Assembly: GCA_965178125.1 (NCBI GenBank)
Contig: OZ237756.1
Coordinates: forward strand, 1 to 64,000
Length of the DNA: 64,000 nt
From: Bilabrum cf. latius
Taxonomy: Eukaryota
Direction of reading: 5' to 3'
This document shows, piece by piece, positions 23,535 to 35,445 of this stretch; position 1 is the stretch's first letter; every line of letters starts with the position of its first letter. The notes under the pieces were generated by a model, which searched no databases, had not been told where the DNA came from, and saw only the letters and a program-made list of their open reading frames with translations. The translations under genes were made by a program, and so were the position numbers.

Positions 23535-26500
23535 TCATTCTGTGCTTGCGCGGACCCCTCCATGCTCCCACGAGTCGGGCGCGAACGGATCCTGGCTGCC
23601 ATCCCCCGGGCCACTGGCATCGGTGAGAGAGCGGACGAGCCCAGGCTTCCCCCCCGCATCTGGCACACCTGCGGCTGCTAGGCGCTCCCTCAGCCACGCT
23701 GTGGGCCCATCACCGCCCCCACCCCCCACCTCCTCTGCCTGCCCCCGGCCGCCAGTGCCATCGGATACCAGCGGCGCCCGCAGCGCTGCAGCAGTGGCCC
23801 CCGGGCTGTCCCCGTCCTCCACCGGAGGCTACCACCCGCCACCCTGTAGCCCCGAACCATCACCATCGGTCATCTCCAGACACAGGTCACACCTCAACTG
23901 CAGCCGGCGCCGCACATGAACCCGCACCTCACCCGCGGAAGGCCCCGCCCCACCCGCACCACCCGCTGCCCGCAGCCCGGCTGCGTTGATCCGCGGCACC
24001 ACGACCATGGCCGCAAAATCCGCCACGTCGGGCCTCTGCTGCTCCAGCAGTAAGCGCGAGGGGGCTGCAGAGGTGACATGTGGGTATCTGCCCCTGTCCG
24101 GGCGGGCGGGCGCGGCCATGGGGCCCGCTGCCTGCCCCTTTCCCCTTACCTTCTTGAGCTTCCCCTTGCCCAGGGCCTTGCCCGAGCCTCCGGTGGCCTT
24201 TGAGAGGAGAGCCGCGGCCTCTTCCGCAATGGAGGCATCGTTGGCAGAAGCGGCCAGCATCCACTGGGACAGCGCATCCGTGGCTTGTTCTCCCAGTGAA
24301 GCATTCTGCAGCCACTGCTGCACATACATGTCGCTCAGCAGGGGAGCAGGCCCCGACTCGGAGTCCTCCACCGCGGGCACAGCCGCTGCATCGGCCCTCT
24401 TGATCCTCCACACGTCACCCTCCAGCAGAGACGAGACGTGCTCGAGCCGCCGCCGCGCCTCCACCACGGCCTGCACCGACACGCGCGCCCTCTCTCTCCA
24501 CTTGTGCACCGACTGCCGGGCCGACTCAAGGGCAGCGCCACTGTCCTTGGCGCTCGCCCTGGCAGCCTTGACACCGCGCTCCGCCTCTTCCTTGGCCCCG
24601 CGGGCAGCCCCCAGATCGGCGTGCAGCCGGGCCACCACCGCTTGCAGCACTGCCAGCTGGCCCGCTGCTGCGTCTCGCTGTTGCCGCGCCACGCCCAGCT
24701 CTTCCTGCGCCTGTTTCTGCGCGGCGTGTAGCTTCTTCACAGCTGACCGGAGCAGTTTCCTATCTCCCTGCGCTTTGACCCGCTCTTCCTCCGCAGCTGA
24801 GGCCCTCTCCCGCGCCTCCCCCGCGTCCCGACTGGCAGCCTCTGCCTCCCTCTGCAACCGCCCGCACTCGGCCTCCAGCGCCTCCTTCTGCTCCTTGGTC
24901 TCCTGCAGCACGCCATGCGCAGCCTCCACCTCCCCGGCAGCCTCCTTGTGCTTGCCCTCTGCCGCCTCCAAATGCTCCTCCAGCTCCTTCACCCTGGTTG
25001 CAGCAGCATCCGCCTACCCCCTAATCTCCTCAAGCTCCTTGCCCATGTCCCGGTGCTTACCCTCCCACCCACGACCCTCCTCTCGGGCCTCATCCAGGGA
25101 CTTCTACAGCGCGACCAATCTCTCCGACTGCGCCTGCCCCTGCGAACCTGCCTCTTCTAGGGCCAACCGCTTCTCCTTCCGCAGGATCGAAGCCTCCTCC
25201 CGAGCCTCCTTGGCACCCTCCTGGGCTGCCCTCAGCCTCCCCTTGATCTCCGAAAGCTCCCCATCCCGCTCCCGCAGCTGCTTGCTGGCCTCCTCCTGCG
25301 CCCCCGCCGCCGTCTTGGCCTCCTCCCGGGCCTCGGCCAGCTCTGCCTCCCGCTCCCGCAGCTGCTTGCTGGCCTCCTCCTGCGCCCCAGCCGCCGTCTT
25401 GGCCTCCTCCCGGGCCTCGGCCAGCTCTGCCTCCCGCTTCCGCAGCTGCTTGCTGGCCTCCTCCTGCGCCCCCGCCGCCGTCTTGGCCTCCTCCCGGGCC
25501 TCGGCCAGCTCTGCCTCCCGCTCCCGCAGCTGCTTGCTGGCCTCCTCCTGCGCCCCCGCCGCCGTTTTGGCCTCCTCCCGGGCCTCGGCCAGCTCTGCCT
25601 CCCGCTCCCGCAGCTGCTTGCTGGCCTCCTCCTGCGCCCCCGCCGCCGTCTTGGCCTCCTCCCGGGCCTCGGCCAGCTCTGCCTCCCGCTCCCGCAGCTG
25701 CTTGCTGGCCTCCTCCTGCGCCCCAGCCGCCGTCTTGGCCTCCTCCCGGGCCTCGGCCAGCTCTGCCTCCCGCTCCCGCAGCTGCTTGCTGGCCTCCTCC
25801 TGCGCCCCCGCCGCCGTTTTGGCCTCCTCCCGGGCCTCGGCCAGCTCTGCCTCCCGCTCCTGCAGCTGCTTGCTGGCCTCCTCCTGCGCCCCAGCCGCCG
25901 TCTTGGCCTCCTCCCGGGCCTCGGCCAGCTCTGCCTCCCGCTCCCGCAGCTGCTTGCTGGCCTCCTCCTGCGCCCCAGCCGCCGTCTTGGCCTCCTCCCG
26001 GGCCTCGGCCAGCTCTGCCTCCCGCTCCCGCAGCTGCTTGTTGGCCTCCTCCTGCGCCCCCGCCGCCGTCTTGGCCTCCTCCCGGGCCTCGGCCAGCTCT
26101 GCCTCCCGCTTCCGCAGCTGCTTGCTGGCCTCCTCCTGCGCCCCCGCCGCCGTTTTGGCCTCCTCCCGGGCCTCGGCCAGCTCTGCCTCCCGCTCCTGCA
26201 GCTGCTTGCTGGCCTCCTCCTGCGCCCCCGCCGCCGTCTTGGCCTCCTCCCGGGCCTCGGCCAGCTCTGCCTCCCGCTCCCGCAGCTTGCTCCCCAGTGA
26301 CTTTGCCCTGTGCTCCACTGCCGAGTCCCTGGCCTCCTAGCTCAATGAGGCCTCTTGCACCTCGGCTTGCGCGGCTTCCAGTTCGGACTATAGGCTGGCT
26401 TGCGCTGATCTCGCCTTGGACAGCTCGGCCTCGATCTCACGGCAGCGCGCCGTGACTGCATCCGCCCGCTTGGTTTCTGCCTCGGCCTTGGATGTGGCCT

Positions 26501-27425
26501 CATCCGCCCGCTTTGTTTCTGCTTCGGCCTTGGAAATGGCCTCGTCCGCCCGCTTGGTTTCTGCCTCGGCCCTGGATGTGGCCTCATCCGCCCGCTTGGA
26601 TTCTACCTCGGCCTTGGAGATGGCCTCATCCGCCCGCTTTGTTTCTGCCTCAGCCTTGGATGTGGCCTCGTCCGCCCGCTTTGTTTCTGCCTCGGCCTTG
26701 GAGATGGCCTCGTCCGCCCGCTTTGTTTCTGCCTCGGCCCTGGATGTGGCCTCGTCCGCCCGCTTGGATTCTACCTCGGCCCTGGATGTGGCCTCATCCG
26801 CCCGCTTTGTTTCTGCCTCGGCCTTGGATGTGGCCTCGTCCGCCCGCTTTGTTTCTGCCTCGGCCTTGGAGATGGCCTCATCCGCCCGCTTTGTTTCTGC
26901 CTCGGCCTTGGAGATGGCTTCATCCGCCCGCTTTGTTTCTGCCTCGGCCCTGGATGTGGCCTCGTCTGTCGGCATGGCTGTCTAAGCAAGCTGTTTGTCT
27001 ACATTCTCAAGCGAGCGTTTCTTTTCTGCCTCTTCATGTTGAATCAGTGATGTGCGGGCGGTTTGCAACTCTGATTTCAAGTTGTTGACAATCGATTCCA
27101 AGTCTTGCTTATCTTTGGCTAGCTTCGCGTTCTACGATTGTAGCTTCCTTCTGTCAACATCGGTACTCTCGTCCCTGCTGTTTTGTCTAGGCAGGCCTGG
27201 TCGAACCGCGAGCATAGGTGCTATAACATCTGTGGCTTTCCCATCAGCCGTGGAACAGATCATCTCAGCCAAACGAGGCGAGCCCAGCAAGGATTGCACG
27301 GCATCAGCAGCAATGTTCACATCGACCTTGCCCCCAGAAGCTGGTCCAACAAGTGGAGCTAGCTACAACCTATGTTGATCGTGCGAAGTACGTATCCAAT
27401 CTTCCAAAGAGTCGAGTTCATCCAT
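23535..27425 (-). CDS. Long coiled-coil protein with internal 14-aa and 28-aa tandem repeats (~1296 aa)
   Basis: One frame from ATG 27425 to TGA 23535 with 8 TAGs; E/A/K/R-rich heptad composition. Confidence 0.8.
25275..26282 (-). repeat. Coding tandem repeat, 84 bp x12 (REREAELAEAREEAKTAAGAQEEASKQL)
   Basis: Near-identical DNA units seen directly. Confidence 0.95.
26466..26969 (-). repeat. Coding tandem repeat, 42 bp x12 (ADEATSRAEAETKR variants)
   Basis: Near-identical DNA units seen directly. Confidence 0.95.
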
Positions 27426-27585
27426 ATTGCTAGGATCCGATGCGGAAAGAGCAAAAAAAGGCTTCAGATTAATGTCACGGTATAATAGAATATAATTCAG
27501 AATTTCGGTTTTCTAAATTCAATGCTGCGAGCCGTTTCGAAGCGCTCATAAAATTAATACGCAGTCATCCTTAATAGCATTCGCC

Positions 27586-28165
27586 ATGGACGGAGGAAAT
27601 ACAGGAAACTTTTTGAAGTCTAGGCCCTCAACACGGGTGAGTTTCGATGTCATGATGAGGCTTAAGCATCGCCTCGAACAATACGCGCGAAATGTCGCTC
27701 ACTGAGAATTGGCGGTAACTATCGTAATTTGCCCGCGGCCCGCAGGTGCATGCCCCAGCTGGTGGCCATTCTAGTGTTGGGTTTTTGATTGGGTCGGAAC
27801 CAACTACCCAGGACCCCATCCCGCGAACGAGCGCCGCCGCTAGGGCTTACGCTGCACGCCAAGGGACTGCTGCAAGTGCTGCCATGTCTGCAGCTGATAC
27901 GGCGCCGGTTGCGGCGACGGCAACTACCACCTCAGCACCATCAGTTGATGTGAAACCGCTCGCAGAGCGCACTCAGGCAGCAAGTGCGAGCACCGCGGCC
28001 TCCAAGGTGGACACTTCGGCCGGAACAAGCCGAGTTGCCGTTGGCACCTCGAGCAACCATTGGGCGAGTGGCAGCTCGCAAAACTCAGGCAATTTCATCA
28101 CGGACCGCCCTAGCACTCGCTTGCACGCTCCAGCTGGGGGCCACTCGCGAATTGTGTTGGGCTGA
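27586..28165 (+). CDS. SPIRAL1-like microtubule-associated protein (intron 27637-27745)
   Basis: Two motif copies: NTGNFLKSRPSTR/VHAPAGGHSS and QNSGNFITDRPSTRLHAPAGGHSRI. These resemble the plant SPR1 motif NTGNF.TDRPSTKVHAAPGGGSS. Confidence 0.7.
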
Positions 28166-28285
28166 GGGCGTGCGAGCCTGCCTAGCCCTGCGGATGGACT
28201 GGAATACTTGGTGAGAATCTATTGTGAATGCAACCAATAGAAGAATTAGAATCAACAATCTACGTTTACCCGAAGCTGATTCAAT

Positions 28286-31200
28286 TCACGCCGAGAATTC
28301 TGAAGCGAGTGACTGTGCGCTGAGCCCCATGCGGCCACGTCCGCCGCTCTTGCCCTTGCCGCTGCCCTTGTGCCCGCCACTACCACCCCCGCTGCGCGAA
28401 TCGTTTTGATCCTTGCGCTGACCCTTTGGCTGCTCCCCGTACAACCGCCAGTACGCATGTGCCTCGCCTCGACTGCTGCCGCCGTCCCCTTGCTTCCGGT
28501 CTCGGCCCTGGCCCCGTTTGCCCTTGGCTTTGGCCCTGTCATCGTCGCTGCCGCCCGCGCCATCGTCTCGATCAGGGGCATCAAAGGCTCCGTCTCCAAT
28601 GGAGGCGGCCAGGGCCAGTTGTCGAGACATCTCGGAGGAAGACACGCCTGCAGCGCTGCTGCTGCTGCTGCTGGATGATGACGATGCACCAGAGCTGCCG
28701 GTGGCATGGCTACCTCTGTCTCTGCCACTGCCTCTGTCCCTGTCTCGTTTGCTAGATTTCTTCCTCCTGTCACCACTTTCCGAGGCGTCAGATGCACGCC
28801 CACCGGCACCCAGCTCCTCGTCCTCCTCGCCGTCCCCCTTGCGCCCGCCATCCCTTCGGCCGTGGCTCTTCCCGTCCTTCTTGCCCTCGTTGGCGCGTGT
28901 CTGCCGAGCTTGCCGCGACAGTTCTGCCGGAGCATCAGCCAGTCCGAATGCCCTGGCAGCGTGCCCTAGATGCACCTCGCGGGGGTTGAAGAAGGGCCGC
29001 AGCTCCCGCGAGTGGCACGCATAGGCACGCACATGGCTCTGCCACCCCTTGATGGCAGTCTCGCGCAGACCTGCATCTCCTAGCCCCAGTCGAGTCGCCA
29101 ATGGGTTCTTCCCCAGCCATGGGGCCCCACCCGCCACCACTTCCAGCGCAGCCTGCCACTGAGAGGCACGCAGCTCCACTGCGTCGGCCGTCGCAGCCGC
29201 GGCCGCATCCGACGCGACGGGTGTCTCCAGCAGCCTCCGCAGGGCAGACAGTTCCCTCGGGGCAGACACGCCGTCGCTCCTGTACTTGGGCCCTTCGTCC
29301 TCCCCCTGGTCCTCTTTGGGCGAAGGCCGGCCACTCGGCAGTGCCAGTTTGCTCGGGGGAGGGGCTGTGGCAAGCGCCTTGAGCAGCGTGGCGTTGCTCT
29401 GCTGGCCAAGCTTGAGCCCTCGGTTCTTGAGGTACGCCGCAAAGGGAGCCTCATGCGGAGCCAGCAGCATGAGCGCCCTCCCATGCCTGCCCCCTCTGGC
29501 CGTGCGCCCCGCCCTGTGCACATAGTCCTCTGGGTCATGCGGTGCATCTGCCTGCACGATCACGTCTACTCCAGGGAGGTCCAGCCCGCGGGCAGCCACG
29601 TCAGTGGTCACGAGGCACGCGCGGGGAGCAGTCCTGAGCTCCTCCACTGCGGCCCTTCGCTCGCTGGTGGAGGCACCGCCGTGCAACAGCAGCAGACGAG
29701 GCAGGGCGGCAGCTCGGGTGCCACCTTCTCCGTCTCCGCCCTTGGCTGCCCGTGCGTCGGCTAGCAGCTGCGGCCACACGGCCTGCAGTAGCTTGTGATG
29801 GAACTCCGCCGAGTCCCTGCACGAGAAGAACACAACCAAGCGGGCGGCCGGGTCGGACCACCGCACGGATGCGCTGCTGTCGGAGCCCCTGCTGCCCTTG
29901 CGCCTAGGGTCCTGCGAGCGACCCAGCGGACGCTCCAGGAAGTGCCGCAGACACGCGCAGAGGGCCGGCAGCCTCCACCGAAGAGGCACAGGCGCCACTC
30001 TCTGGGCCAGCTGGGGGGGCGCGTGCAGCATGCGGGAGGAAGAGGGGGCCCCGGCGCCCGCCCCGCTTGCAGCCGCCCCGCTACCTGCCCCCCCGCTGCT
30101 GATGGGTCCCAGCAGCTGGGCCTGCGACTGCCCCTGCCCCGCCCCCTCGTCCTGGCCCCCAGCAGCCCCACCCTTGCCCTCCGGCCCATCCTTGTCCCCG
30201 CCCTCCTCCTCGGGCTGCACCTCCCTGGCCTCCACGCCCAGCAGCCGCACAGAGCCCTTGTCCCCGTCCACCAGCCACGGGGGGCTCTGCAACGAGGCGG
30301 CTGCCACTCCCCGCATGTCCGGGCCCAGGGTGGCCGACAGCAGCACAACCCGGAACGGTTCCATGAGGCCGGCGCTCCACGGTGACGGGAGGTCGTACTC
30401 GGAGTCAAAAGTCCCCGCGCGCTTCCCGTCGCCCGAGTCGTCTGGCTTTACCTGGGGGGCCCGCTTCTGGCCCGTCTTCTGCCTGCGGATCTCGGATACG
30501 CACCGCCGCAGCTGCTCGCCCTGCCCCTCGGCCGTCACCCGGTCCCACTCGTCACACACCAGCCAAGCCAGCCGGTCCACCTTCCAGGCCTCTGTGCTCT
30601 GCAGGTGGTCCAGGCAGCGGCCGGGGGTTGCCACCACTACCGCGGCCCCCTTGCGCAGCCTGGCTTTCTCCGTCTTTCGCTTCTCACCGCCAGCCACCAG
30701 TGCCACCACCACGCGGGCAAAGGGGGCACACAGCCGCTCCAGCACGCCGTGCACCTGTGCAGCAAGTTCGCGTGTCGGCACAAGCACCAGGCAGCGCGTG
30801 CCCATGGCCCGCATGTCCCCAACGCCTCCCCCCTTAGAGTCTCCTGCCCCGCTGCTGCCCTTGGCCTCCTGCCCCTGCCCCTGCCCCTGCCCCTTCCCGC
30901 CCGGCGACCTGCCTCCATAGCCCTGCTGCAGCAGCCAGTGCAGCACTGGAAGGGCAAATGCAAGAGTCTTCCCGCTCCCCGTCTCGGCCTACACCACTGC
31001 GTCCCGTCCCGCATCGACCGGCAGCCTTGCCTCTGCCTCTCCCGCTCCCACAACCCCAGTGCCCCCCTGCGGCAGCCTGCTCCCCTCCATCACCAGAAGA
31101 GGGCCCAGGGCGCGCTGAACCTTGGTGGGCGCACGAAGTCCAAGCCCTCTGCGACCTACCGCCGAGCTGCTCACCGCGTCCGGCTCTGCCACGGCCCTGG

Positions 31201-32017
31201 CCACAGCACCCCCGCAGAGTCCCAGGGCGGCGAACGCCCGCAGGTACTGCCCGTTCGACCCAGCGCCACAGAGCTCCTGGGCCTCTGACACCGCGGAGGA
31301 GGCACCTGCCTTGGCGCTTTGGATCCATGCTCTGGCGCGCAGCTCCTCCCTCGCCTGCTCCTCCACGGAGACAGGTCCCTCGGCGCTGCCCATCCCCGAT
31401 GCAGGCGCCGCCCCACCTGCTGCAGGCGCGTCCTCCTCGGCACCCTCCCACAGGTGCTGAGAGGAATGCACGCGGGCACCAACGCTCGAGCTAGCAGACT
31501 AGGCGGCAGCTACCGCTCCGCTCCCGCCGCTCCCTTCAAGCCCTGCCAGGGAGCCGATCAGCAGCGGCATCCTCTTCGGCTCCTGCTTGACCGGATTGGA
31601 TCGGGAGTGTTTCCTGGGTTTCCGCTTCGGCGCTTCCTCGGGTGCCCTCGGTGCTGGCTACGCAACACTATCGACCGGCTCGGATCGCACCTGAGTGTAT
31701 TTCCTCTCACGATCCGGTCTGCCAGACTTGCCCTCGCGCTTGGGAGACTTTGCTCGCGCCCCGAATACAACAGCAGCCTCGTCTGCAGATTTCTCGGACC
31801 GTATCCGCTTCTCAGGACGCGATGGCTTGGTATTCTCGTCGTCTCTTGATGGTGCCTTTCTTTTCTTGCCGGCTCGTGGCTAGGAATCGGGCCGATTTGT
31901 CGATATCTTTAGCTAGCCCTTAGATAGGGATACGAGAGGAAGTAGCCCCTTCGACTTCTTCTTGTGTTTTTTAGCTTGCTTAAGTATCTTAGTTGTCCCC
32001 CCGAAATTCAAATCCAT
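28286..32017 (-). CDS. DBP7: DEAD-box RNA helicase DBP7/DDX31-like (~1243 aa)
   Basis: Motifs DAVV[TAG]AETGAGKT, VPTRELA, GGEKRKTEKARLRKG, ATPGR.LDHL, DEWD, SAT, TTDVAARGLD, YVHRAGRTAR and HLGHAARAFGL. Five TAGs, all in the 5' third; TGA stop. Confidence 0.9.
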
Positions 32018-32204
32018 GCCTGTACCTCACAGAATATGGTGAGTTGCACCACGCACCTTTTTTTTGTGTGCTTCGCCGTAGGTTCGCCGGCGATGAAAGT
32101 TCGTCGGGTTGGACATTGCATTTTTGTCTGTTTGCAACAACGTGCTACCGGGAATCATCTCAAAGGAATTTGGCATTCTGCATTTATTTCTGTTGTGATC
32201 CCGC

Positions 32205-32554
32205 ATGGGGTTTACAATATTTGGACTGCTGAAAGCGATTGTGCTGTGCTTGAACGCAATGGCAGTGCTCCATGAAACTCGGTTCCTCGCCCAGCGTGAG
32301 TCGTATCATCCAACCAGGTAGCATTCGAAAATTATTCATAAGACATGTTCTCCCATTCATGCATTGCTCATCCTGCAGATGGACTTGCTGTTTCGATAGC
32401 ATCTAGAGCGGAAGGTCCGCTAGCACAGTCGATGGACAGCGGGCAAGGTTGGAAGGCACAAGTAGGGGGTTTGTTGGCTGCAGCTAGGTATCTCCGATGG
32501 CCTCTTGTGATACTCAACACATTTTTGATAGTTGTTGAACTTGTACTTGGCTGA
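32205..32554 (+). CDS. YOS1: Yos1/IER3IP1-family small ER-Golgi membrane protein (intron 32296-32378)
   Basis: MGFTIFGLLKAIVLCLNAMAVLHETRFLAQ...WKAQV...YLRWPLVILNTFLIVVELVLG; TGA stop. Confidence 0.88.
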
Positions 32555-33048
32555 TTTTGAGTAATAGTTTTACTTGCAAACAGAGTATTTTTGTGGTAAT
32601 ACAGTACTACCCAGTAAGCATGTCCGATGCGTACAATTCTTGAGCTACACTGCAGTCGAAAGTTACAGCTTGTAGTGTCTGTGGCGTGGCTGACTTTTAA
32701 AGCCGGGCGAACCACGTCCGTTGTGTTGGCTCCTCTGAGCCCCCCGGCCCATCTTTTCGATCCTTATAAGTTCGCCGAGCCATGAATTGTCAGATTGTGA
32801 TCTACCAAAAGCTGTGTCACGGTGTGCGAGTTCTGCACGTTCTGGTTCACGCATGCCTATACAAGCACAAATATAGCCATCGATTCATCCACTCACCGCG
32901 GCAGGCATCGAAATCATGGCCTTCCCGACAGCATATCCACACGTGTATATTACGATGGGTGAGCACCGAAATACTACCTTGGGGTACGGCTGATCGCTGG
33001 TGCAGTGGCTGGATAGGGCAATTTCCGGAACAACTGCCAGTAGATCGC

Positions 33049-35274
33049 ATGCCGGCTCGCGCTTGCCGTTCCTTGGGCCAGTCTGATCGAGAGAATCATT
33101 CCCACCTTGTATCAAATAAGGTCATGTACGCCAGTTAGCGAGCACTGAGAAAGCTACCGGTACCAGAGCTGCAGCAGACCCTGATGCGGTTGAGATTTGC
33201 GTTGATGCCTCTCAGCGATGCCAATACAATGGAGCGCATTGATAACTTGTGTAACGCGTTTATGGACGACCCAAACCAAGGAAACAAGCGGCAAGCGCTT
33301 TTGCAGTCGAGAGCAGAATCGCACCCGAATTGGCTAGAGAAGTGGTGGGACGGCTCCTACCTTTCGCATCGCGGTAGCCTTCAGGTGGACATGAACTATT
33401 TTCTTGAGGTTCGCCAGTCAAACAGTACCTTGGACCAATCAAAGAAGGACCCCATTCGGCTCGCTGCTCGGCTGCTGCGAGCCACTGCAGCAATCAGGCT
33501 CGATGCAGTCTCCGAGAAGCTCCCAGCCGAATCCGACCGCAGCGGCCCCCTGTGCATGAGCCAGTACGCTCGAGTCTTTGGCCATGCTCGCCGTCCTGGG
33601 CTTGGCAGCGACACGCTAGCTTGCTTCGAACCGCTCCCGGCAGGGATGGCTGGCGACCAGCACTTTGCAACCGAGCACGGCCCTCCTCGCATGTCCGGCG
33701 GCGGGGCCCCGGTGCCGGGCCACGTGCGCTGGGCGGCCGTGATCCGCAAGGGCCGCATCTACCGGGTCATGCTCACTCAGGAGGACGGATCTCCGCGGCC
33801 CGACCTGGAGGCCTCCATCCGCGGGGCCGTGCTGCACGCAGATGCAGAGGCCGGCTTGGCGGGCGAGCTGGCGGGCATGCCCTTGCAGGCGGGGGCCAGT
33901 CTGGCGCACGACGAGGCAGCCGAGGTGGCGCGGGCCAAAGGGCCAACTGGAATGGCTGCCCTGACGGCTCTCCCCCGGGATGACGCAGCCCGGGCCCGCG
34001 CCGTGCTGGAGACTTCCTCCCCCGCGTGGGCCGAGACCTTCCGGGCCGTGGACGAGGCCACCGTGGTGCTCTGCATGGACGACTGGGCCGGGAACTCGAG
34101 GGGCGTGGGGACGCAGGCCGTGCTGCACGGGGTCAGGGCGGGGGACCGGTGGTTCGATAAGCATTGCATTGCGGTGCAGCCGGATGGCCGCGCCACGCTG
34201 CTGCTGGAGCATGCACAGGGGGACGGGACCGCCATCCTACCCTGGGTGCAGCGCATGGCGGAGGCCGCACCGGGGGACGCAGGGGTGGACGACGATGGGG
34301 TTGCACCTGGGGAGGATGCATGGAAGGGTGCGGGGGAAGCGGGGGCCCGTGTGCCGTCTCTCGCGGCGGCGATGCAGCACGGTTGGGAGCCGCTAGAGTG
34401 GGACGCGGGGGCAGCAGTACCCGAGGCCAGCGCGCAGGCAGGGTCCATCATCGCGGGGCACTGGGACAGCTTGGAGACTGCAGTGGTGGACATGGAGGAC
34501 TTTGGTGCATTGCACTGCAAGAAGACGCTCAAGTGCGGCGCCGATGCCCTGGCCCAGCTGGCCGTCCAGTCGGCGCAGTGGGCGACCTACGGCACGGTGC
34601 TGCCCACCTACGAGAGCGCGTCCACGAGGCGCTTCCTGCACGGGAGGACCGCCACGGTGAGGAGCGCCACGCACGTGTCCCACCGGGCCGCCTCGGCGCT
34701 GTGGGCTGTGCCCCTGCGGTCTGACTCGACGGAGCGGCGCGTGATGCTGCAGGCGCTGAGCAGGGACGCGATGGAGCACCACCGAGGCATGGCGCAGATG
34801 GCGGTGGAGGGGCAGGACATCGACAGGCACTTGCTTGGGCTCAGGCTAGTGGGGGAGGAGGAGGGTCTGCCCCCTGCCGAGCTGCTGGAGGACCCCATGG
34901 TGCAGTACTCGAGTCGGTGGCGCATCTCCACCTCCCACTGCGGGTCCGAGCACACGGGCTCGTTCGGGTTTGGGCCCGTGGTGGAGGACGGGATCGGAGT
35001 GGGCTACATGGTGAGGGGAGGGTCCATGTGCTTCAACGTGACTGGCTGGAAGGGCAGGGAGGACCCGCCCACGGACCCGCATGCCTTCGCCGGGGCACTC
35101 GAGACGTCCTTGCGCCGATTGCGGGAGGTGCTGGACACGACAGCCCCCGATTCTCAGCGGGAGTCTGCCATGTCGGACGAGCTGGAGGAGACCATGAAGA
35201 GGCACGGGCTGGGGGCGGAGGACCTGCGGCCGAGCGGGAGCAAAGGCGAGGGCCAAGCCGGCGGCCGGCAGTGA
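33049..35274 (+). CDS. Choline/carnitine O-acyltransferase (start 33049 or 33124)
   Basis: Motifs MYAS[TAG]RALRKLPVPELQQTL, NWLEKWW, PLCMSQY, RWFDK, EHAQGDG, TYESASTRRFLHGRT and FGFGPVVEDGIGVGY. Confidence 0.92.
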
Positions 35275-35445
35275 GCCATAGTGGGGCAAATACTAGAGGG
35301 CCATAGCCTGGGTGGGAGAGAGGGGGGCTGGCGCGTTGTTCGCATCCGGATGGACCCGAGATATCAAATTTGGTTACTTAAGGCCGAGTCAACGGCACTT
35401 GCGTCGGAGAGATGGTGATACAGACTCATTGAGACTCTACTACAG

